This document shows positions 45,683-54,739 of a stretch of DNA of 64,000 nt, in pieces (positions within the stretch are counted from its first letter, which is position 1; each line of letters starts with the position of its first letter). This DNA is from an uncultured Alphaproteobacteria bacterium (lineage in GTDB: Bacteria; Pseudomonadota; Alphaproteobacteria; Sphingomonadales; Sphingomonadaceae). The DNA is taken from NCBI GenBank assembly GCA_963740965.1, contig CAVUFW010000007.1, forward strand, positions 44,027 through 108,026. Reading direction: 5' to 3'. The notes below the pieces were generated by a model that was given only the letters and a program-made list of their open reading frames with translations, made no database searches and was not told the DNA's origin. The translations under genes were made by a program, and so were the position numbers.

Positions 45683-46156
45683 TTACAAAAGGTATTTCAT
45701 TTTCAGCGCCGGTAACGGCGAACCGTTATTTCTGAACGACGCTTCGTTGAAATATGGCGCGCGAGGCCGCATCGCTGGATTGCGCGAAAACGCAAAGCCT
45801 TCTCTTGGGACGCCCATCATCGTGTCGAGCTTACCGTTCCCGTTCGCATCGTGAAACGCGGCAATCGCGTAAATTCCCTGCGGAAGTGCCTTAAATTGGT
45901 ACCGGACGGTGGTCAGTGACGCCTTGACGGTCGCGTGGATCGCATCCTTACCCTTGCAGTCGGGAAAGCCCCTCGGGTCGGCGGTCAGGCAAAGCCGCAC
46001 GACCCCGCGGGCGTCACGCAGCCCGACGATCTCGATCGTGAGATCGGTTGTCGATTGAGTCGACACTTGCGCCGGTGCGGCGGCGCTGAGCATCAAAGCG
46101 GCCAAGACCGCGGTCGGTCGCGCACAGGCGATCCCAAAGTCGGAAATAAAGGCCAT
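45683..46156 (-). CDS. DUF2141-domain secreted protein
   Basis: A signal-like N-terminus (ARPTAVLAALMLSAAAPAQ) is followed by LTIEIVGLRDARGVVRLCL...YAIAAFHDANGNGKLDTMMGVPREGFAFSRN, which is typical of DUF2141. The start is uncertain because of overlap with the upstream ORF. Confidence 0.7.
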   Translation of the reverse strand: MAFISDFGIACARPTAVLAALMLSAAAPAQVSTQSTTDLTIEIVGLRDARGVVRLCLTADPRGFPDCKGKDAIHATVKASLTTVRYQFKALPQGIYAIAAFHDANGNGKLDTMMGVPREGFAFSRNPAMRPRAPYFNEASFRNNGSPLPALKMKYLL

Positions 46157-46823
46157 AATTGCACTTGTTCCGTTGGTGATGAAGCTGATGATGGCTCGCG
46201 GTTATCAGCCAATTCCCTGCCGGACCGTGAACGATGGCCTTGGGAAAGATTTCCCACCCCATGTGATTAGTAACGCCCATCACGGTCATGATCGTCAGCA
46301 CCATGCCCAGTGCCCCGATATGAATCGGCACGGTCAGGATCAATGCCGGGATGACCACCGCGCCGGTCAGTGTCTCCCACGGATGGAAGCTCATCGCCGC
46401 CCAAGCGGTCGGCGGATGGCTGGCGTGGTGGACCGCATGGACACGGCGGTAGATCGCCGGAATGTGCATCCAACGGTGCGTCCAATAAAACCAGGTGTCG
46501 TGAATCAGCAGATACGCCAGCACCGACGCCGGCAACCACCAGAGCGGATAAGCATTCGGATCGGTGTACAGCCGGGTCCAGCCGAACCTGTCCCAGCCCC
46601 ACAATAGCACGCCGGCCGGAATGCCGTACAGCGCCGCGCTCAGTAGCGACCAGCCGATTTCCGATCGGATCTGCGGGCCGCGTCCGGTGTAAAGGTCGGG
46701 ATGTCGCCGCCGGGTCAGCCAGTCGAACCCGCCGCTGGTGACAACATAGCGCACGGCGACGATCGCCGTCATCGCTATCGCGCTGGCAATCGCCGGCCAC
46801 AGCAGGTTGCTTGTCCACTCCAT
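46014..46823 (-). CDS. crtG: Fatty-acid-hydroxylase-superfamily di-iron membrane enzyme, candidate carotenoid 2,2'-beta-ionone-ring hydroxylase (CrtG-like)
   Basis: The His boxes are HDTWFYWTHRWMH, HAVHH and HHQLHH. TM-rich, 269 aa counting from the ATG at 46823. It is divergent from crtY. The symbol is an inference from context. Confidence 0.65.
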   Translation of the reverse strand: MEWTSNLLWPAIASAIAMTAIVAVRYVVTSGGFDWLTRRRHPDLYTGRGPQIRSEIGWSLLSAALYGIPAGVLLWGWDRFGWTRLYTDPNAYPLWWLPASVLAYLLIHDTWFYWTHRWMHIPAIYRRVHAVHHASHPPTAWAAMSFHPWETLTGAVVIPALILTVPIHIGALGMVLTIMTVMGVTNHMGWEIFPKAIVHGPAGNWLITASHHQLHHQRNKCNYGLYFRLWDRLCATDRGLGRFDAQRRRTGASVDSIDNRSHDRDRRAA

Positions 46824-46866
46824 TGCCAATGGCCTTACCAGCGGGATGTCTCTAAGGCGAGCGGCG

Positions 46867-48009
46867 ATGAGTTCGAACAAGCCCCTGATCATCGTCGGTG
46901 GAGGACTTGCCGGATCGCTCGCCGCGCTGGCGATCGCGGATGCCCGGCCCGACGTTCCATTGTTGCTGCTGGAAGCCGGCGATACCTTTGGCGGCAATCA
47001 CGTCTGGTCGTATTTCGATGGCGACGTTCGCGGGCCGGAACGGACGTTGGTCGAGCGGATGCTGCCGCATCGTTGGCCGAGTCACTCGATCCGCTTTCCC
47101 AAGCGCGAGCGGCACCTCGGGTTCGGGTACAACAGCGTTCATTCGGAAAGTCTGGACAAGCTGGTTCGCGATCGCCTCGCGCCGGGCCAGTTTCGCACCG
47201 GAACGTCGGTCGAGCGAATTGCGCATGACGAAGTGACGCTAGTCGGTGGGGAGACGATCGCAGCGGAAGGGGTGATCGACGCGCGCGGTCCGTCGGGGCC
47301 GATGCCGGGGATCGAGATTGCCTGGCAGAAATTCGTCGGCATCGAATATTCGGTGCCCGGCCATGGGCTCGCCGAGCCGATCATCATGGATGCGACGGTC
47401 GACCAGTCCGAAGGATACCGGTTCGTCTACAGCCTGCCGTTCAGTGCCGACCGACTGCTGGTCGAAGACACCTATTATACCAACGATTTCGATCTCGACG
47501 GCGGCAAAGTAGCCGTGCGGGTTGCCGATTACGCCGCGGCTCAAGGCTGGCGCGGCACCGAATTGCGCCGCGAGGATGGACAGTTACCAATCCTGCTCGG
47601 CGGGAATCCCGACGTGTTCTGGCCCGCGAACGATCGGGTCGCGCGGCTCGGGCTGCAGGGCGGCTTCTTTCACGCCACGACCGGATATTCGCTCCCCCAG
47701 GCCGCTTCCAATGCGGTCGCGCTGGCGCGGCAGGCCGATCTTTCGGGTCCGGCGTTGGCCCGTTGGACCCGGTCGCGGTTCATTGACCAATGGGAAGCGG
47801 GCGGCTTTTATCGCCTGCTCAACCGGATGCTGTTCAAGGCCGCACGGCCCCAGGAGCGAGTAAAGATTTTCCAGCATTTCTACCGGCTCGACGAGGCACT
47901 GGTGGCGCGCTTCTATGCCGGCAAACTGACCCGCTTCGACAAGATGCGCATCTTGTCGGGCAAGCCGCCGATCCCGATCCTGCGCGCCTTGAAGGTAATC
48001 GTCCAGTGA
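46867..48009 (+). CDS. crtY: Lycopene beta-cyclase
   Basis: The FAD fingerprint is LIIVGGGLAGSLAALAIA. CrtY-like stretches include FGGNHVWS and GLQGGFFHATTGYSLP. It lies directly upstream of crtI with a GTGA overlap. Confidence 0.88.
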   Translation: MSSNKPLIIVGGGLAGSLAALAIADARPDVPLLLLEAGDTFGGNHVWSYFDGDVRGPERTLVERMLPHRWPSHSIRFPKRERHLGFGYNSVHSESLDKLVRDRLAPGQFRTGTSVERIAHDEVTLVGGETIAAEGVIDARGPSGPMPGIEIAWQKFVGIEYSVPGHGLAEPIIMDATVDQSEGYRFVYSLPFSADRLLVEDTYYTNDFDLDGGKVAVRVADYAAAQGWRGTELRREDGQLPILLGGNPDVFWPANDRVARLGLQGGFFHATTGYSLPQAASNAVALARQADLSGPALARWTRSRFIDQWEAGGFYRLLNRMLFKAARPQERVKIFQHFYRLDEALVARFYAGKLTRFDKMRILSGKPPIPILRALKVIVQ

Positions 48010-49502
48010 ACGCCCTGCCCACTAACCTACCCTCCCCCGCGCCCAAGTCGGCGATCGTCATCGGCGCCGGCTTCGGCGGGCTCGCCCTTGCCGTCCGGCT
48101 GCAATCGGCGGGGATAAAGACGACCGTCATCGAAGCCCGCGACCGGCCCGGCGGGCGTGCTTATGTGTGGAAGAAAGACGGCTACGTGTTCGATGCCGGT
48201 CCGACCGTGATCACCGATCCACCGTGTCTGGAGGAGCTGTGGTCACTGTCCGGGCATCATATGAAAGACGACGTCGACCTGGTGCCGGTAAGCCCCTTCT
48301 ACCGGCTGATGTGGAACGATGGCACGGCGTTCGATTATTCGAATGATGACAAACAGTTAGAGGCGTCGATCGCGGCGCTCAACCCCGATGACGTGGCCGG
48401 TTATCATCGCTTCCTGAAATATGCCGAGGGGGTCTACGTCGAAGGCTATGTGAAGCTTGGAGCGGTTCCGTTCCTGGACTTCGCGTCGATGCTGAAGGCT
48501 GCGCCGGCGATGGTCAAATATCAGGCGTGGCGGTCGGTCTATTCAATGGTCGCGAGTTTCGTGAAGAGCGACAAATTGCGCCAGGCGCTGTCGTTCCATA
48601 CGCTGCTGGTCGGCGGCAATCCGATGAACACCAGCGCGCTGTACGCGCTGATCCACAAGCTGGAACGCGATGGCGGCGTTTGGTTCGCCAAGGGCGGGAC
48701 CAATGCGCTGATCGACGGCATGGTCCGCCTGTTCGAGCGGATCGGCGGCACGGTGAGACTCGGCGAGCCGGTCGAGCGTATCACCACCCAAGGCGACAGA
48801 GTCACCGGCGTGATCACCGACCAAGGCGAGCTCAAGGCCGATCTGGTCGCGACCAATGGCGATGTCGTTCACAGCTATGGCCTGATCAAGGACCACGCTC
48901 GTGGTCGCCAGGCGGAAGCCAAGCTGAAGCGGCGGACCTTTTCGCCCAGCCTGTTCGTGGTTCACTTCGGCCTGAAGGGCACCTTCCCCGACATTCCGCA
49001 CCACTCGATCCTGTTTTCGGATCGCTATGGACCGCTGCTCAAGGACATCTACAAGAATGGCGTCCTGGCCGAGGATCCGTCGCTCTATCTGCATCATCCG
49101 ACAGTGACCGATCCGAGCATGGCCCCGCCTGGCTGTTCGTCCTTCTACGCGCTCGCCCCTGTACCGCACCGCGGCAAGATGGATGTTGACTGGTCGGTCG
49201 AGGGACCGCGTTACCAGGAGGTCGTGATCGACCGGATCGAGAAATTGCTCATCCCCGACATCCGCGACCGGATCCAGACGATTTTCCATTACTCGCCGAC
49301 CGACTTCACGCAGGATCTGGGGGCCCACCTCGGGTCCGCCTTCAGCCTCGAGCCGGTGCTGACCCAGAGCGCCTATTTCCGGGTCCACAACCGCGACGAC
49401 GTGCTCAAGAACCTCTACTTCGTCGGCGCGGGCACGCACCCCGGCGCGGGCATCCCGGGAGTTGTCGGAAGCGCCAAGGCGACTGCGGGTCTGATCGTCT
49501 GA
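48006..49502 (+). CDS. crtI: Phytoene desaturase
   Basis: The GTG start at 48006 gives VNALPTNLPSPAPKSAIVIGAGFGGLALAVRL. The C-terminal signature is YFVGAGTHPGAGIPGVVGSAK. Confidence 0.93.
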   Translation: MNALPTNLPSPAPKSAIVIGAGFGGLALAVRLQSAGIKTTVIEARDRPGGRAYVWKKDGYVFDAGPTVITDPPCLEELWSLSGHHMKDDVDLVPVSPFYRLMWNDGTAFDYSNDDKQLEASIAALNPDDVAGYHRFLKYAEGVYVEGYVKLGAVPFLDFASMLKAAPAMVKYQAWRSVYSMVASFVKSDKLRQALSFHTLLVGGNPMNTSALYALIHKLERDGGVWFAKGGTNALIDGMVRLFERIGGTVRLGEPVERITTQGDRVTGVITDQGELKADLVATNGDVVHSYGLIKDHARGRQAEAKLKRRTFSPSLFVVHFGLKGTFPDIPHHSILFSDRYGPLLKDIYKNGVLAEDPSLYLHHPTVTDPSMAPPGCSSFYALAPVPHRGKMDVDWSVEGPRYQEVVIDRIEKLLIPDIRDRIQTIFHYSPTDFTQDLGAHLGSAFSLEPVLTQSAYFRVHNRDDVLKNLYFVGAGTHPGAGIPGVVGSAKATAGLIV

Positions 49503-50437
49503 TGAATGCCGCGCTCGACCGTCCGGCGCTGGTCGAGGCGTCGTTCGAGATCATTGCCAAGGGGTCGAAGAGCTTTCGCAGCGCGAGCCGATTGTTCGAC
49601 CGGCAAACGCGCGAGCGGGCATGGCTACTCTATGCGTGGTGCCGGGCGTGCGACGACCTGACCGACGGGCAGACGCTGGGCTACGACATAAAAGCGCCCG
49701 CCGATCCCAAGGCCGCGCACCGCCGGATCGTCGCCTTGACCGACCAGGCGCTGGCGGGGAAACCGACCGGCGTCGTCGCGTTCGACGCACTCGGGATCGT
49801 CGCAGGCGAATGCCGCATTCCACGTCAGGCGGTGTCGGATCACCTCGACGGTTTCGCGCTCGACGCCCAGGGCTGGGTGCCGCGGACCGAGGAAGATTTG
49901 TTGCGCTATTGCTTTCATGTCGCCGGCGCGGTCGGGGTGATGATGGCGCTGGTAATGGGCGTCGCGCCCGAAGAACGGGACACGCTCGACCGGGCAAGCG
50001 ACCTAGGGATCGCCTTCCAACTCGCCAATATCGCGCGCGACATTGGCGCCGACGCTGCCGAAGGGCGCGTCTATCTGCCGCAGGATTGGCTCGACGCCGC
50101 CGGGCTCGACATCGACGCGCTGGCCGATCCAGCAAATGGCGAACGGATCGCCCCCCTTGCCGAGAGGCTGGTCAGATTGTCGCGCGGCTATCGCGCATCG
50201 GCCCGGGTCGGCGCACGCCGCCTGCCCTTCCGGTCACGGCTTGCGGTCCTGGCCGCATCCAATGTCTATGGGGCGATCGGCACCAAGGTCGTCGAACGCG
50301 GGGCCGACGCCTGGACCAGCCGGACGATCGTCAGCGATCCCGAGAAGCTGGAAGAATTTACGATGGCCCTGTTCCAGGCGATTATGCCCGCCGGAGGGCG
50401 CGTTCGCGACGGACTTTGGACACGCGCCTCCGCCTGA
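49502..50437 (+). CDS. crtB: Phytoene synthase
   Basis: It has the two Asp-rich squalene/phytoene synthase motifs YAWCRACDDLTDG and ANIARDIGADAAEGRVYLP. The start overlaps the crtI stop (TGATG). Confidence 0.93.
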   Translation: MNAALDRPALVEASFEIIAKGSKSFRSASRLFDRQTRERAWLLYAWCRACDDLTDGQTLGYDIKAPADPKAAHRRIVALTDQALAGKPTGVVAFDALGIVAGECRIPRQAVSDHLDGFALDAQGWVPRTEEDLLRYCFHVAGAVGVMMALVMGVAPEERDTLDRASDLGIAFQLANIARDIGADAAEGRVYLPQDWLDAAGLDIDALADPANGERIAPLAERLVRLSRGYRASARVGARRLPFRSRLAVLAASNVYGAIGTKVVERGADAWTSRTIVSDPEKLEEFTMALFQAIMPAGGRVRDGLWTRASA

Positions 50438-50442
50438 GTGGG

Positions 50443-50961
50443 CTAGCCTTGAATCGGAGTTTCGCGGCCGGTCGGCGAGCGAAGTTTTGCCCGACTGGAA
50501 TCTAGCTGCGCCATGAGTTCGTTGATCGGCGGCGCAATCAGGAAGCCGAAGCTGAGGCCATGATGCTTGCTTTTCAGCGCATGGTGAAGCCGATGCGCCT
50601 GGACGATACGTTTCATATACGCCGATTTGGGGATGTAGCGATGCTTGACCCGGCGGTGGACGATAACGTCATGGAAACCAAAATAGATTGCGCCGTAGGT
50701 CGCGATTCCCACCCCGACTGCGGTTGCCCAACCGCCCCAGTCTGCCTGCACTCCGCCGTAGATCAGCACGATCGAGGGAATGGCGAAGATCGCGCCATAG
50801 AGATCGTTAAGTTCGAAGCGACCGTGACGAACGCGGTGATGACTTTCGTGGAGGAACCAGCCGGGTCCGTGCATCACCCAGCGATGCATGACGTAGGCGA
50901 AGCCTTCCATCGCCGCGACGGTGGCGAGCCAGATGAGGAACAACGAGAGCATGAAGTCCAT
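50443..50961 (-). CDS. crtZ: Beta-carotene 3-hydroxylase
   Basis: The ATG at 50961 gives MDFMLSLFLIWLATVAAMEGFAYVMHRWVMHGPGWFLHESHH. Further His boxes are HDVIVH and HRLHH. The gene encodes 172 aa. The ORF-track extension upstream has no CrtZ similarity. Confidence 0.9.
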   Translation of the reverse strand: MDFMLSLFLIWLATVAAMEGFAYVMHRWVMHGPGWFLHESHHRVRHGRFELNDLYGAIFAIPSIVLIYGGVQADWGGWATAVGVGIATYGAIYFGFHDVIVHRRVKHRYIPKSAYMKRIVQAHRLHHALKSKHHGLSFGFLIAPPINELMAQLDSSRAKLRSPTGRETPIQG

Positions 50962-51013
50962 ATAGGGCTGCAGCCTCGGCAACTCCAGCGGATCGACGGT
51001 CGATCCGGTCAAT

Positions 51014-51595
51014 TCACCTGCGAACTTCCTGTTCGATCCAGCGAACCAATTGCTCGACCGTTCGGCCGACGACCCCGGCATCACCGGCCGCATGCGCCAG
51101 TGAATAGCTGCCCTGCAGACTGGCAAAGCAGAAGTCGGCAAAACCGGATGCTCGTGTTTCATCATCAACGACGAGGCCGAACTGACGGTCGAACCAGCTA
51201 CGTATCGCGGCGAGCGGACGACCGGGCAGAAGTTCGGGGGATGTCTGCCGCAAGTCCCGGTCCAGCGCGGCAAGCGGGCAGCCGAAGTCGGCGTACTCTT
51301 GTTGTCGCGATCCCGCCCGACGCAAGAATTCGATAACGCGCTTCACGGGATCGTCGAGCGATTCGAATTGCGCCAGATGAGCGTCGACCCGCGTCGTCCA
51401 CCGGTCGATCACGGCTTCGTAGAGCGCGCCTTTCGATCGAAAATAATAGAAGACGTTGCCCGGTGGCACGCCCGCGTCAGCCGCCACCGAAACAAGCGAT
51501 GAGTATGCGACGCCCGAGCGATGAAAACGAACCATCGCCGAGTCGACCAGTCGATCCTTCTTGTCGGTTGCAGGGCGCCCCATCGAAAAATCCAT
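51014..51595 (-). CDS. TetR/AcrR-family transcriptional regulator
   Basis: The N-terminal HTH region is RLVDSAMVRFHRSGVAYSSLVSVAADAGVPPGNVFYYFRSKGALYEAV. It is co-directional with crtZ and divergent from the cytochrome b gene. Confidence 0.85.
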   Translation of the reverse strand: MDFSMGRPATDKKDRLVDSAMVRFHRSGVAYSSLVSVAADAGVPPGNVFYYFRSKGALYEAVIDRWTTRVDAHLAQFESLDDPVKRVIEFLRRAGSRQQEYADFGCPLAALDRDLRQTSPELLPGRPLAAIRSWFDRQFGLVVDDETRASGFADFCFASLQGSYSLAHAAGDAGVVGRTVEQLVRWIEQEVRR

Positions 51596-51666
51596 AAAAG
51601 TGAGTTGACCGACTAACTATCACCGCCTAGCAATTAGGCAAGCGCCCTGATCGATCGGAACCGCTC

Positions 51667-52557
51667 GTGCATCCTGCCGAAACCATCGAAACACCGATCG
51701 TGGTCGAGGAACCGGTTCAACCCGTGGAGCCCCGACCTGGCGATCTGGTCAGGCGGCACCGCCTGTCGACCCGCCTGTGGCATTGGCTTAACGTCGTCAC
51801 GCTGGCGGTAATGATGATGAGCGGGATGATGATCTTCAACGCTCATCCACGACTTTACTGGGGTCAATATGGCGCGAACGCCGACCATGCCTGGTTCGAG
51901 ATCGGGTCGACCGAGACAAGTGGATTCGTGACGGCAGGGCCGCTGCGGATCCAGACCGATGGGGTGCTCGGTCGCTGGACCGATGCCGATGGACAAGTCC
52001 AGCGTCGCGCCTTTCCGCACTGGATCACGATCCCGTCGCGCTACAATCTGGCAGATGCGCGGCTGTGGCATCTCGCCTTCGCCTGGGTGCTCGGCCTCAG
52101 CCTGCTCGCCTACATGCTCGTCAGCCTGTGGAACCGCCACTTCCGGCAGGACCTGACGATCAGTCGCGCAGAGATCAGGCCGTCCCACCTGTGGGCCGAC
52201 ATCAAGGATCATGCGCGGCTCAAATTCCCGACCGGTGCGGCGGCCTTGCGCTACAACATATTGCAGAAACTGGCCTACGCCTCCGTGCTGTTCGTGCTGC
52301 TGCCCCTGATCATTCTGAGCGGGCTGACGCTTTCCCCGGCGATGGATTCGGGCTGGCAGTGGCTGCTCGACGTTTTCGGGGGTCGACAGTCGGCACGGTC
52401 GCTGCATTTCATCGCGATGATCCTGCTGATCGGATTCTTCTTCGTGCATATCGCGATGGTCGTGCTGGCCGGGCCGATCAACGAATTGCGGTCGATGCTG
52501 AGCGGCTGGTACCGGCTGCCGGGCGAGCGGGCCGCGCCTCCGGAGTCTGTAACGTGA
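51667..52557 (+). CDS. Membrane b-type cytochrome (Ni/Fe-hydrogenase-cyt-b / PhsC-like family)
   Basis: It has a GTG start and several TM helices with conserved His (TRLWHWLNVVTLAVMMMSGMMIF, LWHLAFAWVLG, RSLHFIAMILLIGFFFVHI). The stop overlaps the next start (GTGA at 52554-52557). Confidence 0.8.
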   Translation: MHPAETIETPIVVEEPVQPVEPRPGDLVRRHRLSTRLWHWLNVVTLAVMMMSGMMIFNAHPRLYWGQYGANADHAWFEIGSTETSGFVTAGPLRIQTDGVLGRWTDADGQVQRRAFPHWITIPSRYNLADARLWHLAFAWVLGLSLLAYMLVSLWNRHFRQDLTISRAEIRPSHLWADIKDHARLKFPTGAAALRYNILQKLAYASVLFVLLPLIILSGLTLSPAMDSGWQWLLDVFGGRQSARSLHFIAMILLIGFFFVHIAMVVLAGPINELRSMLSGWYRLPGERAAPPESVT

Positions 52558-53291
52558 ACCGCCGTGAGTTGATTACCGTCGGTGCGGGCGGGCTGCTGCT
52601 CGCCGGGTGCGACCGGCTCAATGCAAGCCCGCAATTCCGGCGCATCCTGCAGGGCGGGGAAGGATTGCACATGGCAAGCCAGCGCGGGCTCGCGGGCGGA
52701 CTGGCGCGCGAATATCGGCGCGACCAGATGTCGCCACTGTTCCGGACCAACGGCAACAGCCGCCCCGCATCGAGCGACTATCAGGCACATGCGGAGACCA
52801 ATTTCGTCAACTGGCGGCTGATGGTCAACGGGCTGGTGGCCCGACCGCTCAGGCTTTCGCTGCGCGATCTTGGGGCATTTCCGCAACGGGCCCAGATCAC
52901 GCGCCACGATTGCGTCGAGGGATGGAGCGCGATCGGCAAATGGCAGGGGCCGCTGCTTGGCGATGTGCTGAAGGCGGCGGGGCTGCGCAGTCAGGCGCGC
53001 TACATCGTCTTCCACTGCGCCGACGACAGCAACGGCGTGCCATATTATGAATCGATCGATCTGTACGACGCGTTCCACCCGCAGACGATCCTGGCACTGT
53101 TGATGAACGACCGCCGACTGCCGATGGGGCACGGCGCGCCGCTGCGGCTGCGGGTCGAGCGACATCTGGGATACAAGCACGCCAAGTTCGTCATGCGGAT
53201 CGAGGCGCGCGACCGGATCGACAATCTCAATGGCGGGAACGGCGGCTATTGGGAGGATGTGTCGGGTTACCAATGGTATGCCGGGATATAG
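52554..53291 (+). CDS. Molybdopterin-dependent oxidoreductase (sulfite-oxidase fold, Mo domain only), predicted Tat-exported lipoprotein
   Basis: The N-terminus VNRRELITVGAGGLLLAGC combines a twin-Arg motif with a lipobox. The SUOX-fold core is ITRHDCVEGWSAIGKWQGPLL...LNDRRLPMGHGAPLRLRVERHLGYKHAKFV. The gene encodes 245 aa. Confidence 0.85.
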   Translation: MNRRELITVGAGGLLLAGCDRLNASPQFRRILQGGEGLHMASQRGLAGGLAREYRRDQMSPLFRTNGNSRPASSDYQAHAETNFVNWRLMVNGLVARPLRLSLRDLGAFPQRAQITRHDCVEGWSAIGKWQGPLLGDVLKAAGLRSQARYIVFHCADDSNGVPYYESIDLYDAFHPQTILALLMNDRRLPMGHGAPLRLRVERHLGYKHAKFVMRIEARDRIDNLNGGNGGYWEDVSGYQWYAGI

Positions 53292-53988
53292 GGTGCGCCG
53301 TCTCGCCCTCATCTTTCCGTGCCTGCTCGCGGCCTGTGCGCCTGGCGGCGCCGCGACACCTCGCGTGGATCGCGATCCGGTGGTGGTCGAACTGTATCAG
53401 AGCCAGGGTTGTTCGTCGTGCCCGCCCGCCAATGCCAATCTGAATGCCGTCGCTGGACGGCCCGACGTCCTGGCACTGAGTTTCGCGGTAACATATTGGG
53501 ATCAGCTCGGCTGGAAGGACCGCTTCGCGCGGCCCGAATTCACCAAGCGTCAATGGGACTATGCCAATGCTGCCAAGCGCGGCCGGGTCTACACGCCGCA
53601 GGTCATCGTCAACGGCAGGGCAATGATGCTCGGGGGCGACAAGGCTCATTTCAATCGGTTGATCGCAGCCGGCGGTCCGACCGGTGGGCCGTCGATCACC
53701 GGCCGCAGGGGCAATGTCGAGCTCAGCGGCCCACGACCCGCCAGGCCGGCGACGATCTGGCTGGTGCGTTACGATCCCAGGGTGCACAACGTCGCCATCC
53801 GCGCCGGGGAGAATGGCGGCCGCACCCTCCCCCATCGCAATATCGTGACCGAGTTACGCGTGATCGGGACCTGGACCGGACGACCGGTGACGTTGGCAGT
53901 CGGCCCGGTCGCGGATCGCGCGCTCCGAAGCGCCATCCTGATCCAGCAGGGAACGGGCGGGCCGATCGTCGCCGCGCGGCGGATATGA
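53278..53988 (+). CDS. DUF1223 thioredoxin-like protein with a CxxC motif
   Basis: The lipoprotein-like N-terminus is RRLALIFPCLLAAC. The DUF1223 core is VVELYQSQGCSSCPPANANL...VTYWDQLGWKDRFA...YTPQVIVNG. The start is uncertain (ATG 53278 or GTG 53293). Confidence 0.8.
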   Translation: MPGYRVRRLALIFPCLLAACAPGGAATPRVDRDPVVVELYQSQGCSSCPPANANLNAVAGRPDVLALSFAVTYWDQLGWKDRFARPEFTKRQWDYANAAKRGRVYTPQVIVNGRAMMLGGDKAHFNRLIAAGGPTGGPSITGRRGNVELSGPRPARPATIWLVRYDPRVHNVAIRAGENGGRTLPHRNIVTELRVIGTWTGRPVTLAVGPVADRALRSAILIQQGTGGPIVAARRI

Positions 53989-53995
53989 GCCGCCA

Positions 53996-54739
53996 ATGAT
54001 CGGTCTTGCCGCGGCGTTTTTCGCGACGGCGCTGATCTATGCCATCGCCGGCTTCGGCGGCGGATCGACCTATACCGCGTTGCTGGCGCTCGCCGGGACC
54101 GACTTTCGCGCCATCCCGATCCTGTCGCTGGCGTGCAATATCCTGGTGGTCGGCGCGGGAACGTGGCGCTTTGCACGCGCCGGACATTTCGAATGGCGCA
54201 AGGCATGGCCACTGTTCGTCACCAGCGTTCCGGCAGCGTGGATCGGCGGATCGTTGCATATTCCGAAGCAATATTTCCTCGGCCTGCTGGCGGGATCGTT
54301 GCTGGTCGCCGGGCTGACGATGCTGTGGCAGCCGTATTGGAAGCGGGAGAGCGCGCCGGGTGCGGGGCATCGCTGGGTCGAGCCGGTGGCGGGCGGATCG
54401 CTGGGATTGCTGGCAGGGATCGTCGGGATCGGTGGCGGAATTTTCCTCGCGCCGCTGCTTTACGTGTTGCGCTGGGACGCGCCGAAGCGGATTGCAGCGA
54501 CATGTGCCGCCTTCATTCTGGTCAATTCGATCGCCGGCCTTGCCGGTCAGTCGAGCAAGGGCGTCGGCGCGGTCGGGGCGGTGCTTGGTGACCACGCGCT
54601 GCTGTTTCCCGCGGTGTTCGTCGGCGGCCTGCTCGGCGCCGGACTTGGGGCACGGACCTTTGCACCCGACTGGGTGCGGGTCGTGACGGCCCTGCTGATC
54701 CTGTACGTCGCGATCACCTTGATGAGGCAGGTGCTGTGA
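53996..54739 (+). CDS. TauE/SafE-family anion (sulfite/sulfonate-type) exporter
   Basis: The 247-aa polytopic membrane protein has duplicated GxGGG segments (IAGFGGGSTY ... IVGIGGGIFLAPLL), which are typical of TauE/SafE. Confidence 0.85.
   Translation: MIGLAAAFFATALIYAIAGFGGGSTYTALLALAGTDFRAIPILSLACNILVVGAGTWRFARAGHFEWRKAWPLFVTSVPAAWIGGSLHIPKQYFLGLLAGSLLVAGLTMLWQPYWKRESAPGAGHRWVEPVAGGSLGLLAGIVGIGGGIFLAPLLYVLRWDAPKRIAATCAAFILVNSIAGLAGQSSKGVGAVGAVLGDHALLFPAVFVGGLLGAGLGARTFAPDWVRVVTALLILYVAITLMRQVL

Noticed and set aside
51596-51666. Candidate TetR operator in the divergent TetR / cytochrome b intergenic region (gccta-gcaat-taggc and gtgagtt...aactatcac)
   Set aside because: The arms are short or imperfect. 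Without comparative or binding data I cannot support a site.
52275-53312. 345-aa minus-strand ORF opposite the cytochrome b and molybdoenzyme genes
   Set aside because: It spans a gene junction on the other strand and has no recognisable domain.
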